Assembly: GCA_964565665.1 (NCBI GenBank)
Contig: CAZMFZ010000001.1
Location: 6,668-70,667, forward strand
From: an uncultured Bifidobacteriaceae bacterium
GTDB taxonomy: Bacteria > Bacteroidota > Bacteroidia > Cytophagales > UBA9547
Reading direction: 5' to 3'
DNA length: 64,000 nucleotides
Within the stretch, counting starts at the first letter, position 1. Each line of letters opens with the position of its first letter. The notes beneath the pieces are model-generated. The model did not search any database. It was not told where the DNA came from and saw only the letters and a list, made by a program, of their open reading frames with translations. The position numbers and the translations under genes are program-made. This document shows positions 28,053-38,198 of this stretch, in pieces.

Positions 28053-28604
28053 ATGAGTTTTAACCCTTGGCACGATGTTAGCTATGGCGACAATGCACCA
28101 GAAATTGTGCAAGCTATTATTGAAATTCCGAAAGGAAGCAAAGCAAAATATGAACTTGATAAAGAAAGTGGATTGCTGAAACTTGACAGAATATTATATT
28201 CCTCAGTGCATTACCCTGCTAATTATGGTTTTATTCCTAAAACTTATTGTGACGACCAAGATCCTTTGGATATTTTGGTAGTTTGCTCTGAAGATGTAGT
28301 GCCGATGTGCCTAATAGAAGCCAAAGTAATTGGTGTGATGCAAATGATTGACGGCAATGAGAGAGACGATAAAATTATAGCAGTTGCCAAAAATGATATG
28401 GCAGTAAACTATGTGAATGACATTGAACAACTACCGCCCCACATGCTTGGCGAAATTCGTAGATTTTTTGAAGACTATAAAAAAGCAGAACACAAAGAGG
28501 TGATTGTTGAAGCATTCTACAACAAAAAATATGCTATTGAAATAATCGAAGAAGCAATATCTGCCTATAAAGAGAAATTTAAAACTTCTACTGAGGTTTA
28601 CTAA
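28053..28604 (+). CDS. ppa: inorganic pyrophosphatase (family I)
   Basis: NPWHDV..., IIEIPKGSKAKYELDKESGLLKLDRILYSSVHYPANYGFIP, and DPLDILV. Confidence 0.9.
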   Translation: MSFNPWHDVSYGDNAPEIVQAIIEIPKGSKAKYELDKESGLLKLDRILYSSVHYPANYGFIPKTYCDDQDPLDILVVCSEDVVPMCLIEAKVIGVMQMIDGNERDDKIIAVAKNDMAVNYVNDIEQLPPHMLGEIRRFFEDYKKAEHKEVIVEAFYNKKYAIEIIEEAISAYKEKFKTSTEVY

Positions 28605-28666
28605 TTGGAATATGGTGAGGATTATAAATGCCTAAATAAAATATCGCTTGTACTAAAGTCATTGTT

Positions 28667-29374
28667 TTGAAAAATATTCCAAAATTTCTACTTATTAATA
28701 TTTTTATAATTCAAGCTTGCGGGCAGGCACAGTATACAACTGTAGCTGCTAACAAATTTGAACAAGGCCTTCAGAACAATAAATCAATTCAGTTGGTAGA
28801 TGTGCGAACTGATGAGGAATATAATGCTTCGCATCTTGAAAATGCTCTGCATTTAGACATTAATGGTAGTGAATTTGAAAAATTGGCTTCATATATTGAT
28901 AAAAACAAACCTGTATATGTATATTGTCTCTCTGGCGGACGAAGTAAAAAGGCTTCGCAGTGGTTTGTAAATCAGGGCTTTACATCAGTTTTTAACTTAT
29001 ATGGAGGTATAAGTGCATGGGAGGCTCAGGGTAAAAAATTAGCGAAAGCTGACATAGCAATTGAAGATAAAATTTCCAAAATCGATTTCGAAAAACTTAT
29101 TCAATCCGACACATTGGTGATGGTAAGCTGGAATGCAAAATGGTGTCCGCCTTGTCAAAAAATGATACCTGAAATAGAGGTTTTTAAAAAAATAAACAAA
29201 AGCATTTTTGTTGCCATTATAGAAGCAACTGAAAATCATGAATTAGCGAAAAGAAACAAAGTTTCAGGGTATCCAACAATAGTGGTATATAAATTAGGGA
29301 AAGAAGTAATGAGAAATACGGATTTTCTCTCTGCCAATGAATTGAATGCCAAAGTATTAATTCTTAATGATTGA
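28667..29374 (+). CDS. rhodanese-thioredoxin fusion protein
   Basis: Rhodanese half (VDVRTDEEYNASHLENALHLD, active-site loop CLSGGRSKKAS) followed by a thioredoxin-like half (WCPPCQKMIPE). TTG start and signal peptide. Confidence 0.8.
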   Translation: MKNIPKFLLINIFIIQACGQAQYTTVAANKFEQGLQNNKSIQLVDVRTDEEYNASHLENALHLDINGSEFEKLASYIDKNKPVYVYCLSGGRSKKASQWFVNQGFTSVFNLYGGISAWEAQGKKLAKADIAIEDKISKIDFEKLIQSDTLVMVSWNAKWCPPCQKMIPEIEVFKKINKSIFVAIIEATENHELAKRNKVSGYPTIVVYKLGKEVMRNTDFLSANELNAKVLILND

Positions 29375-29772
29375 CAATGCCACTTAGCGAACTTACACAA
29401 TTTCAGGCATTTGTAGCTCAAAAATGTCCGCGTTGCAGAAAAGGAAATATGTTTAAATCTGCCACTTATAATATTGGCAAGTTTGGAGCAGCAAACACTA
29501 ATTGCCCCTATTGCGATTTGCACTTTGAGAGAGAACCCGGTTTTTTTACTGGAGCTATGTATTTCAGCTATGGTATAAATGTAGCACTTATTGCTATTGT
29601 TGGCGTAAGCACGCAGCTAATATTCAATCCCGATATATTTGTGCTTGTAGGTATTGTAAGTGCCGCCACCATTGTGGCCGTGCCTTTTACTTTTCGCTAC
29701 TCTCGAATGATGATGATGTATATGTTTTCAGGAGTAGAATATGATAAAAGTATATCAAAAAGTAGTTTGTAA
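29371..29772 (+). CDS. DUF983 membrane protein
   Basis: CPRCRKGNMF...CPYCDLHFEREPGFFTGAMYFSY followed by two TM helices. 4-nt overlap with the upstream gene. Confidence 0.75.
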   Translation: MTMPLSELTQFQAFVAQKCPRCRKGNMFKSATYNIGKFGAANTNCPYCDLHFEREPGFFTGAMYFSYGINVALIAIVGVSTQLIFNPDIFVLVGIVSAATIVAVPFTFRYSRMMMMYMFSGVEYDKSISKSSL

Positions 29773-29796
29773 ATACTTTAACATCCATAAAATATT

Positions 29797-31707
29797 TTAT
29801 AATATTTTACATTCAATTCTTCGGTTCATTTTACGGCTTATTTCAGCATCGTTGGGAGCTACAGGTTGCATATCGCCATAGCCTTTGTAATTGATTCTAT
29901 CGGCAGAAATACCATTTTCAACCAAATAATCTACTACCGATTCTGCCCTTCGGGTAGAAAGTGTGAGGTTATTTTGCTTCTGACCCACATTATCGGTATG
30001 TCCGCTAATTTCCACTTTTAGGATTTGGTTTTGATTTAGGAAATTTACCAGCCTATCAAGTTCTGAAAAAGATTTCTTCTCCAAATTGAATTTTCCAGTT
30101 TCAAAAAATAAATTATTTAAAGTTATCAATGCCCCTTTTTTTATGGGTTCGAGGTATACGTCTAAATTCAAAGGGTCGAAATTAGTTTCATTTTCAAAGT
30201 TGAAAGTATGGCTTTTGTACATATAGCCTTCTTTTATCACAAAAAGTGCATAGTGCGAATTTTCATTCAACACTACCAAATATTCACCATTTATTTTATC
30301 TGCTTTCACTGTACTTTCTACCTTACCGGTTTTTAAATTGATAAGTTCTACATTTGCGTCAATAGGTATTTGGGTAGATTTATCAAAAATGGAGCCGTTG
30401 GCGTACGTACTTTTTTGTTGAATAGCAGCTTCTTTGGGCAAATCAAACTCATATAAAAAATACCGTTCTTGATTATTTTGCGATTTGGCTTCTGCTGAAA
30501 AATATGCTTTTTTTCCATCTGCTGTAATAAAAATTGATGACTCTTCCAAATATGTATTTATAGGAAAACCTAAATTTTTGGGTGCTGTCCAGTTTGATGT
30601 GGAATCTGAATAGCAAACAAATAAATCGAAACTGCCAAAGCCTGGGTGAAAATCGGAGGAAAAATAAAGCGTACTCATGCTTGGGTGAATAAATGGGGCT
30701 ACTTCCCTACCCGAAGTGTTTATTAAATCACCAACATTAATGGCGTGACTCCAAGTGAAATTTTCATCGGCTTTGGCCATCCAAATATCTTCTTCACCAT
30801 AGCCACCAGGCCTTCTGGAAGAAAAATACAATGTCTTACCATCTGGAGAAAGAGAAGGTTGCGAATCCCAAAATTGAGAGTTGATGGCATTGCCCATGTT
30901 TTTTGGTTTCGACCAGTCATTTCCTTTTTTGTATGAAATAAACAAATCGCAATTATTTGTATTTCCATTTTGGGTACAAATAGTATAAACCAAAGTTTTG
31001 CCATCGGCAGAGATACTGCAAGTACCCTCATTAATATAAGGAGAGTTGATATTATCAGAAATAGACTCAGCAAATCCCCATTCACCATTTATTTTTTTCG
31101 AGATATAAATATCTTCAAATTCCTGTACACCTATGCGTTCACGCACAGTGAAAATCAAAGTGTGGTCATCAGCAGTTACCGCAGGGAAATATTGTTTCGC
31201 GTGCTTATTTATTTGGCTATTGAGTGGCTTAGGATTTATCTGCACCGATTTCGACTTATTTTCAATAGCATAGTTGCAATGCACAATATAGCGTTGGGTT
31301 TTTTCAAGAAAGTTTTTAGGTTCCTTTTTAAAAGTTAAGTACTTAACAAATAGCTTTTTAGCCACTTCATAATTACCCTCATGCAAATAAATTTCACCTA
31401 ATATTCTTGAGATAGAGGGGTTATTGAAATTTGAATCTATTTCAAGTATTTTCCCAAAATGAAATTTCACACCCTGCATATCTCGGTCGTAAGCCTTGTG
31501 AAGTATGCCTAATTGGTAATGAGCATCTATAAAATCAGGCGATTTTTCTAATGCTTTTTTGAAAGATACCATAGCATTGTCCCATTTACGATTTTTCAAT
31601 TCTTCAATGCCTTGATCGTATATTTTTTGTGCCTTTTTTGATTGAGCAAAAATTGGCTGAATCGAAAAAAGGATTGACAAGATAACAGTAGGTAAAATCC
31701 TAAGCAT
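29797..31707 (-). CDS. OmpA-family protein with N-terminal TPR and TolB-like WD40 beta-propeller repeats
   Basis: The C-terminal OmpA_C domain reads ISGHTDNVGQKQNNLTLSTRRAESVVDYLVENGISADRINYKGYGDMQPVAPN. TPR motifs lie near the N-terminus and repeated ...DGKTLYFSS.. propeller blades follow. The start is trimmed to MLRILPTVILSILFSIQPIFAQ (31707). Confidence 0.8.
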   Translation of the reverse strand: MLRILPTVILSILFSIQPIFAQSKKAQKIYDQGIEELKNRKWDNAMVSFKKALEKSPDFIDAHYQLGILHKAYDRDMQGVKFHFGKILEIDSNFNNPSISRILGEIYLHEGNYEVAKKLFVKYLTFKKEPKNFLEKTQRYIVHCNYAIENKSKSVQINPKPLNSQINKHAKQYFPAVTADDHTLIFTVRERIGVQEFEDIYISKKINGEWGFAESISDNINSPYINEGTCSISADGKTLVYTICTQNGNTNNCDLFISYKKGNDWSKPKNMGNAINSQFWDSQPSLSPDGKTLYFSSRRPGGYGEEDIWMAKADENFTWSHAINVGDLINTSGREVAPFIHPSMSTLYFSSDFHPGFGSFDLFVCYSDSTSNWTAPKNLGFPINTYLEESSIFITADGKKAYFSAEAKSQNNQERYFLYEFDLPKEAAIQQKSTYANGSIFDKSTQIPIDANVELINLKTGKVESTVKADKINGEYLVVLNENSHYALFVIKEGYMYKSHTFNFENETNFDPLNLDVYLEPIKKGALITLNNLFFETGKFNLEKKSFSELDRLVNFLNQNQILKVEISGHTDNVGQKQNNLTLSTRRAESVVDYLVENGISADRINYKGYGDMQPVAPNDAEISRKMNRRIECKIL

Positions 31708-31888
31708 TTTGTTTTTTTGTGGGTACAAATGGTTGAGTAGCTGCATAGTTTGCTTTACAGCCTCTATATTACGGAAGCATTTCGAAATTATATTGGTATT
31801 TGGTAAAATATAATTAAATAACATTTGTTCGTAGAATGCCGCATTTTTCGCTCTCAATTCTACAAGAATTAAGTAAAATGAATCCATA

Positions 31889-33268
31889 GTGAAAATATTG
31901 AAATTTGGTCAGTCTACCTTAAAAGACACTTCAAGTATAGCAAAAGTACTTGATATAATCGTTCAAAATCCTGAAAGTATTGTTGTAGTCTCGCCTCTTT
32001 TTAAAGTATCGAACAGGCTTGAGCAAATTGGTAAGCTTGCCATGGTGGGCAACAATTCCTACAAACCTATTTTACAAGAGATTGAAGATGAACATTTTGC
32101 CATAGCCAAGCATTTTGTAGATATTAAGCATCAAGCTAAAGTAATAGCAGGCTTAAAAGTGATGCTCAATGATTTGGAAGAAATATTGTATGGCGTATAT
32201 TTATTGTGGGAGCTTTCGCCTCGAACCAAAGACCATATTTCCACTTATGGAGTGAAACTTTCAGCATATTTGATGGCTGAGTGCCTAAAATCGAAAGGTG
32301 TAGAAGCTAATTATTTCGACATACAAAAAATCATTATCACCAATGATGTGTATGGCAATGCAGAAGTAGATAAAGATACTTCACTGAGCAATATAAAAGA
32401 GCAATTTGGTAAAATAAAAGGCATTTCGGTGGTAACGGGCAGCATTGGATCGACCTATAAAGGAGAATCATCAAACTTTGGAAAATCAGGCTCAAGCTTT
32501 ACATCAGCTCTTTTCGCTAATGCCCTCAATGCCAAATCAATAGAGATTTATACTGATCGTGATGGCATACTAAACACAGACCCTACTTTAGTTCACAATG
32601 CCTTTAGCTTAAAAGAAATAAGCTATGCAGAGGTAATGGAAATGAGTAATTTTGGCAATAGTTTTGTGTATCCGCCTGCCATTCAGCCAGCCATTATAAA
32701 AAATATTCCTATCACTATAAAAAACTTATACAATCACTCATTTGAAGGAACTGTAATTAAAAATGCTGCTACCGACAAAAGCCTGATTGTGAAAGCCAAT
32801 TCCTCTGTGCAAAATGTATCGTTAATAAATGTGCAAGGCAGCGGAATGATTGGCGTAGCTGGTGTGGCATCTCGTGTATTTGGCACGTTGGCACACGATA
32901 AAATAAGTGTGGTAATGATTACTCAGGCTTCTTCTGAGCATTCGATTTGCTTGGCTGTAAAGCCAGAAAACGGCACAAGAGCCCAATTGGCATTGCAAAC
33001 AGAGTTTATGGAAGAAATTCGTGAGAAGAAAATGGACAATATTTCACTCACGAAAGAGCTTTCTATTATTGCCATTATTGGCGAAAATATGAAACAAACG
33101 CCTGGAATTGCAGGCAAAATATTCACCTCATTGGGCGAAAATAGAATAAATGTAATTGCCATTGCTCAAGGTTCGTCTGAATACAATATTTCTGTAGTGG
33201 TAGAAATGAAGGATTTGGAAAAAACATTGAATGTTTTGCACAAGACTTTGTTTAACAATTACAACTGA
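31889..33268 (+). CDS. aspartate-kinase-like protein (amino-acid-kinase domain plus two ACT domains) with divergent catalytic motifs
   Basis: Overall aspartokinase architecture; the C-terminal ACT repeats are recognisable. Canonical motifs read KFGQSTL (not KFGGTS), NFGKSGSSFTSA (not LGRGGSDY.A), YTDRDG (not WTDV.G) and FGNSFVYP (not FGAKVLHP). GTG start. Confidence 0.7.
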   Translation: MKILKFGQSTLKDTSSIAKVLDIIVQNPESIVVVSPLFKVSNRLEQIGKLAMVGNNSYKPILQEIEDEHFAIAKHFVDIKHQAKVIAGLKVMLNDLEEILYGVYLLWELSPRTKDHISTYGVKLSAYLMAECLKSKGVEANYFDIQKIIITNDVYGNAEVDKDTSLSNIKEQFGKIKGISVVTGSIGSTYKGESSNFGKSGSSFTSALFANALNAKSIEIYTDRDGILNTDPTLVHNAFSLKEISYAEVMEMSNFGNSFVYPPAIQPAIIKNIPITIKNLYNHSFEGTVIKNAATDKSLIVKANSSVQNVSLINVQGSGMIGVAGVASRVFGTLAHDKISVVMITQASSEHSICLAVKPENGTRAQLALQTEFMEEIREKKMDNISLTKELSIIAIIGENMKQTPGIAGKIFTSLGENRINVIAIAQGSSEYNISVVVEMKDLEKTLNVLHKTLFNNYN

Positions 33269-33405
33269 AGTTAACTAGCGGTAATTTAGCAATGATAGTT
33301 TTAGCTCACTATCATTTACTAAGTAATTCTACTTCATAATTGTGATTTGATTTTCTACACGAAATACAAAGGATTCCACTAATTTTGTGGTGTTTTCTAA
33401 ATATA

Positions 33406-34008
33406 ATGCAAGCAACCTTTAGCACCGACTCATCAAACTCAGCCCACACATTGTCAATGTCTCCAGATGATTTCACTATTCGGGTAGCTTCCTCTGACGA
33501 TGAAAAATTTGCCGTAACTATTACCAATGAAATGGAAGAAAGTGCAAAAGCACGGGGTACAGGCATTGCCAAGCGTTCACCAGAATACGTAGCCAATAAA
33601 ATGAAGGAAGGAAAAGCGGTAATAGCTTTTCACCACGATGGCACTTGGGCAGGCTTTTGCTACATCGAAACTTGGGGCCATGGCAAATTTGTAGCCAATT
33701 CTGGCTTGATTGTGAACCCCATTTTCAGAAAAGCCGGATTAGCCAAATCTATCAAATACAAGGTTTTTGAGCTTTCAAGAACTACATTTCCCGATTCCAA
33801 AATATTTGGACTCACTACAGGGCTTGCTGTAATGAAAATAAACTCTGAATTGGGCTACGAACCCGTAACCTATTCTGAACTCACAGAAGATGAAGACTTC
33901 TGGAAAGGGTGCCAAAGCTGCATCAACTACCCCATATTGATGATGAAAGAGCGTAAAAACTGCCTCTGTACTGCTATGCTCTACAATCCTGAAGAGAAGG
34001 AGCAATAA
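33406..34008 (+). CDS. GNAT-family N-acetyltransferase
   Basis: ...FCYIETWGHGKFVANSGLIVNPIFRKAGLAKSIKYKVFELS... (acetyl-CoA-binding beta4-alpha3 region). The start is ambiguous (33385 alternative start, 33406 ATG or 33457 ATG). Confidence 0.7.
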   Translation: MQATFSTDSSNSAHTLSMSPDDFTIRVASSDDEKFAVTITNEMEESAKARGTGIAKRSPEYVANKMKEGKAVIAFHHDGTWAGFCYIETWGHGKFVANSGLIVNPIFRKAGLAKSIKYKVFELSRTTFPDSKIFGLTTGLAVMKINSELGYEPVTYSELTEDEDFWKGCQSCINYPILMMKERKNCLCTAMLYNPEEKEQ

Positions 34009-34293
34009 AAAAACCTTACACATGACTTCGGTTTTAAAGTGAAAGAACTTAATCCCACTAATCGCTCCAGCTGATATTGATTACCGCAATCCAGTAATTC
34101 CTATTCTGCAAAGTTCTGGCAATGTAATAGAATATTTAATGGACAAAAAACGGCATATTGAGTGATTCTTAAAATAAGTTGTTACGGAATTAGACGATAA
34201 GCAATCTCAGCTTTTTTTCAGAACCCACTCATAAAATATATTTGTAGGATAATATTCTAAAATAATTTATAATTACCGATAAAAATTATTCAC

Positions 34294-34401
34294 ATGGTTA
34301 GATTAGCACTTGCAGTTGGTTTTTTAGCAGTTTTCGGTATCGTTGGATACGCAGTTATATTGTTACTTATGAATTACTTTTCAACTAAAAATAAACCCTA
34401 A
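34294..34401 (+). CDS. possible 35-aa single-TM peptide
   Basis: Below the track cutoff. ATG..TAA encodes MVRLALAVGFLAVFGIVGYAVILLLMNYFSTKNKP and ends 12 nt before the SPFH-like gene. Confidence 0.3.
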   Translation: MVRLALAVGFLAVFGIVGYAVILLLMNYFSTKNKP

Positions 34402-34413
34402 ATATCTGAAACA

Positions 34414-35646
34414 ATGCTAACTCCAAATCTTAAAAGGGCAATTGTATTGGGAATTGTCTCTATACTTTCATTCATCTTGTTCCTAATAATAAATCCATTT
34501 TCTTGGAATGATGCCGGAAATAGAACCGTAGTAGAGCGAACCACTGGCGAACAAATAGTACAGTTTGCTCCAGGAATATTTTATGCAGGGTTTTTTTCTA
34601 AAGAAAAGGAATGGCCCAATCAAATATCTGTTACTTATCAGGAAGCCGTTGCCCAACTGGAAATAGAAGATAATGGAATTGAAGTAGGTCAGATTATGAT
34701 ACGGTTTAGTGATGCCACCACTGCCAATGTAAAAGGAATAACCCAGTTTATACTTCCTTCAGATGAGAAGGAAATGATATTGATTCATAATACACATAGA
34801 ACCCCTCAGTCACTTGTAGTAAAAAGGTTAGCACCTTATACCAAAGAATGTCTTCAATCTTCCGCACAATTAATGAGTAGTGAAAAGCATTACGGTGGGG
34901 GCAGAGCACAGATGGCACAGGATTTTATGGATCAGTTGAAAGACGGAGTTTATTTATTAAAAACGGAGGAAAATCTTGTATTTGATTCGCTCGAAAATGA
35001 TAAAAAAAGAGTTTATCAGACAGAAATACAATATGACAAAAAGACCTTATTACCCAAACGCAAACTTTCATCAATCAAAGAATATGGCATCACTGTGGCC
35101 GATGCAGCCATTACCGATGTTGATTATGAAGATAAAGTAGACCAGAAACTCACAAAAATCATTGATGCAGTTACGAAGTCTTCCATTTCTAAGCAGGAAC
35201 TAATGACAGCTCAACAGCAAACATTAACTGCAAAAGCAAAAGGAGAACAAGCACTCGTGGAGATTGAATATGAACAAAAACAAGAGCAAACCCGCCAAGT
35301 AGTAGAGGCTCAAACAAAAGTAAAAGTAGCTGAGCAAGATAAGTTGCAACAAAAAATAGCCTACGAAGGGGCAATTTTGGAAGCTAAGAAAATCAAAGAG
35401 TTGGCTGATGCTGAAGCTTATGCAAAATCCAAAATTATGAAAGCCGATGGAGCATTGGAGATGAAATTAAAAGCCCAAGTAGAAGTTCAAAAAGTATGGG
35501 CAGATGCTTTTGCCAGATACACAGGGGCGATTGTGCCTCAAATACAAACAGGAGGAGGCTCCGTGGGTAATGGGGCATTAAATTTTATGGATATAATGAC
35601 GGCTAAAACTGCAAGAGATTTCGCATTAGATCTAAAAAATAAGTAG
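34414..35646 (+). CDS. SPFH/band-7 (prohibitin-like) domain membrane protein with C-terminal coiled coil
   Basis: N-terminal TM helix, then NRTVVERTTGEQIVQFAPGIFYAGFF... with an SPFH-like core, then a long Q/E/K/A-rich coiled coil. Confidence 0.5.
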   Translation: MLTPNLKRAIVLGIVSILSFILFLIINPFSWNDAGNRTVVERTTGEQIVQFAPGIFYAGFFSKEKEWPNQISVTYQEAVAQLEIEDNGIEVGQIMIRFSDATTANVKGITQFILPSDEKEMILIHNTHRTPQSLVVKRLAPYTKECLQSSAQLMSSEKHYGGGRAQMAQDFMDQLKDGVYLLKTEENLVFDSLENDKKRVYQTEIQYDKKTLLPKRKLSSIKEYGITVADAAITDVDYEDKVDQKLTKIIDAVTKSSISKQELMTAQQQTLTAKAKGEQALVEIEYEQKQEQTRQVVEAQTKVKVAEQDKLQQKIAYEGAILEAKKIKELADAEAYAKSKIMKADGALEMKLKAQVEVQKVWADAFARYTGAIVPQIQTGGGSVGNGALNFMDIMTAKTARDFALDLKNK

Positions 35647-35664
35647 GTAGACAATCCAACTACA

Positions 35665-35701
35665 CAAAAAAAGCAACCTCGATTTAAGGTTGCTTTTTTT
35701 A
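35665..35701. terminator. bidirectional intrinsic terminator between convergent genes
   Basis: An A-run, then AGCAACCT (35672-35679), a 7-nt loop, AGGTTGCT (35687-35694), then a T-run. It lies between the SPFH-like gene (+) and sucD (-). Confidence 0.75.
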
Positions 35702-35722
35702 TATCTATGCGAAACTAAACTT

Positions 35723-36601
35723 TTATTTCGCCAATGCTTTCACTAAAGTATCGCCAATTTCGGCTGGAGAAATAGAAACAAATAATCCGCTTTCTCTCAT
35801 AATTTTGATTTTGGCTTCAGCTGTATCGTCTGCTCCACCCACTATGGCACCTGCATGGCCCATTCTGCGGCCTTTCGGTGCTGTTTGGCCTGCAATAAAC
35901 CCAACTACAGGTTTTCTGTTACCATCGGCTTTTATCCAGCGAGCGGCATCGGCTTCGTAGTTTCCGCCTATTTCGCCAATCATTACAATGGCATCTGTTT
36001 CTGGATCGTTCATCAACAACTCTACAGCATCTTTGGTAGGTGTACCTATGATTGGGTCGCCACCTATGCCAATAGCAGTTGATATTCCTAAGCCAGCTTT
36101 TACTATTTGATCGGCAGCTTCATAAGTTAAAGTGCCTGATTTCGATACGATTCCTATTCTTCCAGGTTTGAAAATAAAGCCCGGCATAATACCCACTTTT
36201 GCTTCTCCTGCTGTAATTACGCCAGGGCAATTGGGTCCAATCAAAGTAACATCGCTTTTGCTTTTCACATAGGCTTTGGCATAAATCATGTCATTGACTG
36301 GAATGCCTTCTGTGATACAAATAATCACTTTTATGCCTCCATCTGCAGCTTCCATAATGGCATCGGCTGCAAATGCAGGTGGCACAAATATTATTGATAC
36401 ATTCGCTCCGGTAGCTTTTACTGCTTCTTCTACAGTATTGAAAACAGGCCTATCTAAATGACTAGAACCTCCTTTTCCGGGAGTAACACCACCAACCACA
36501 CTAGTGCCATACTCAATCATTTGCTGGGCATGATACGAACCTTCAGAACCGGTAAAACCCTGAACAATTACTTTAGAATTTTTATTTACGAGTACACTCA
36601 T
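35723..36601 (-). CDS. sucD: succinate--CoA ligase subunit alpha
   Basis: [33 protein letters not shown]..., and the phosphohistidine loop MGHAGAIV. Confidence 0.95.
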   Translation of the reverse strand: MSVLVNKNSKVIVQGFTGSEGSYHAQQMIEYGTSVVGGVTPGKGGSSHLDRPVFNTVEEAVKATGANVSIIFVPPAFAADAIMEAADGGIKVIICITEGIPVNDMIYAKAYVKSKSDVTLIGPNCPGVITAGEAKVGIMPGFIFKPGRIGIVSKSGTLTYEAADQIVKAGLGISTAIGIGGDPIIGTPTKDAVELLMNDPETDAIVMIGEIGGNYEADAARWIKADGNRKPVVGFIAGQTAPKGRRMGHAGAIVGGADDTAEAKIKIMRESGLFVSISPAEIGDTLVKALAK

Positions 36602-36871
36602 TGGAATATGTGCGTGAAGATTAAGGTCTTAACTTGGAAATGAATAGTTGCAAAAATAGATTGATTAATATTCTAAGCAAAAAATACGGTTAAGATTATT
36701 TGAAATTTTATTAGTGCATTTTTAAAAAAGAACAAGGCAGAACAAAATGCACCTGCCTTTTAATCATCTAATTAAGTTACTTTCGATTCGATAAATATCT
36801 GTCTCAACTTATTTTCAGAAGTTATAATAATATAAATGTATTTGCTTAACCGCAGATACAATTGGCAGGAT

Positions 36872-37225
36872 CTACTCTTTTTTGTGGTCAGATTTTCTAC
36901 TATTATTCATATTATTATAATGAGAATATACTGTATTGATAAAGCCAAGGATTATTCCAATTCCCAATAAAATGTAAACAATTGTAAATAGTTTGCCAAA
37001 ATCGGTTTTAGGAGCAAAATCTCCGTAGCCAATAGTTGTCAATGTTACAACTGAAAAATAAAGCGCATCTAAAAAACTCCAACCTTCTACAAAATGATAG
37101 GTAAGTGTACCGATTAGCAGTATTACCATACTCGTATAAAGTAAATTGCGGTAGTTTTCGTCTTTTAGAAATGAGGAAATCGTTTTGAATACTATCATAA
37201 AATTGGCTTCTAATTTATTGTACAC
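36872..37225 (-). CDS. two-TM potassium channel family protein
   Basis: Selectivity filter TLTTIGYGD between two TM helices; 117 aa. GTG start, or an internal ATG nine codons in. Confidence 0.8.
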   Translation of the reverse strand: MYNKLEANFMIVFKTISSFLKDENYRNLLYTSMVILLIGTLTYHFVEGWSFLDALYFSVVTLTTIGYGDFAPKTDFGKLFTIVYILLGIGIILGFINTVYSHYNNMNNSRKSDHKKE

Positions 37226-37335
37226 TCTTATTAATGTCTCCTCGCTTTGGCCCCCCTACAAAGCATACAATTCCGACCTGTGAAGTCACTTGACGAGGAG
37301 GCTTATATCAACGAGGGCATCTCCAATTTCTAATG

Positions 37336-37701
37336 CTAACCCTTTGGCGAACGGTCTTTACAAAATACTTTGCTGATTACTTGATTGGTTTTCAATACGC
37401 GACAATGTTTCAATGAAATGGTTACGAATCCGCCATCATAATCGCGCAATATGCCCTTCCAAGCAAGGTTTGGTTTGCCGTATAACCCTTCTGCATATAT
37501 GATGGAGCCGCCTGCATTGTCAGTATTTACCATGCCAAATTTTTGAAGTGCTTTTGCCACCACTAATTCTCTGGCAAGCAAGTCAAATTTTGAACAATCT
37601 AATTCCAGATCTAGCTGTATTACGGCTCCTTCGGGTATTCCTCCTTCTGTGGGCCCGTCAGTCCAATGGGTTGGAAAAACAAATTGTTTTACTTGCCATT
37701 T
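37336..37701 (-). pseudogene. C-terminal fragment of an unidentified gene (no start codon, bounded by an upstream stop)
   Basis: The stop-to-stop frame reads KWQVKQFVFPTHWTDGPTEGGIPEGAVIQLDLELDCSKFDLLARELVVAKALQKFGMVNTDNAGGSIIYAEG... This reads like the tail of a larger protein. The track ORF (81 aa) is only its distal part. Confidence 0.3.
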
Positions 37702-38060
37702 TTATATTTAGTTCAAAATTCAATTTCAAGTGAGGATTTTGCAATTGCAAAGAATTCATAAAGCCTAACAGCTGGTTTCTACTTTATTTACCTTGCTCTA
37801 TTATTTATGAGCAAAAGTAACCTTATTCACTCAAAATTAACTCCCACATACTGCTATTAAAATACAAAATTGGACAAATGAAAACTGGCAGTCTTTTGAT
37901 TATTGGCTTGAAAGGATTTATTGCATGGCTGGCTTGTTGCACAAGACCTTTAACATTGGCAAAGCCTATTTCAATCGCTATAGCAAATATTGATTGAATT
38001 CTACTCTTAAACATATAATCATAAATGGCATATCAATGTCATTAACTTAAGATATTCCTT

Positions 38061-38104
38061 CTCCATTTATTGCCGTTGGTTTAAACCAACGGCAATAAAT
38101 GGAG
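38061..38104. repeat. 44-nt perfect palindrome centred on GGTTTAAACC
   Basis: CTCCATTTATTGCCGTTGGTTT|AAACCAACGGCAATAAATGGAG. It is flanked by a second inverted pair, ATTAACTTAAG (38041-38051) and CTTAAGTTAAT (38126-38136). Confidence 0.8.
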
Positions 38105-38198
38105 GCGTACCCATACGAATTAATCCTTAAGTTAATCACATTGAATGGTATATTGTAATTTGCACTCCAACAACACAGTGCAGGGAAAAGCTAAATGA

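Noticed and set aside
37823-38014. The 63-aa minus-strand ORF as a transposase remnant linked to the adjacent palindromic element.
   Set aside because: The similarity to DDE transposase C-termini (R..IE..F..K) was too vague to defend, and no catalytic motif or second remnant was found.
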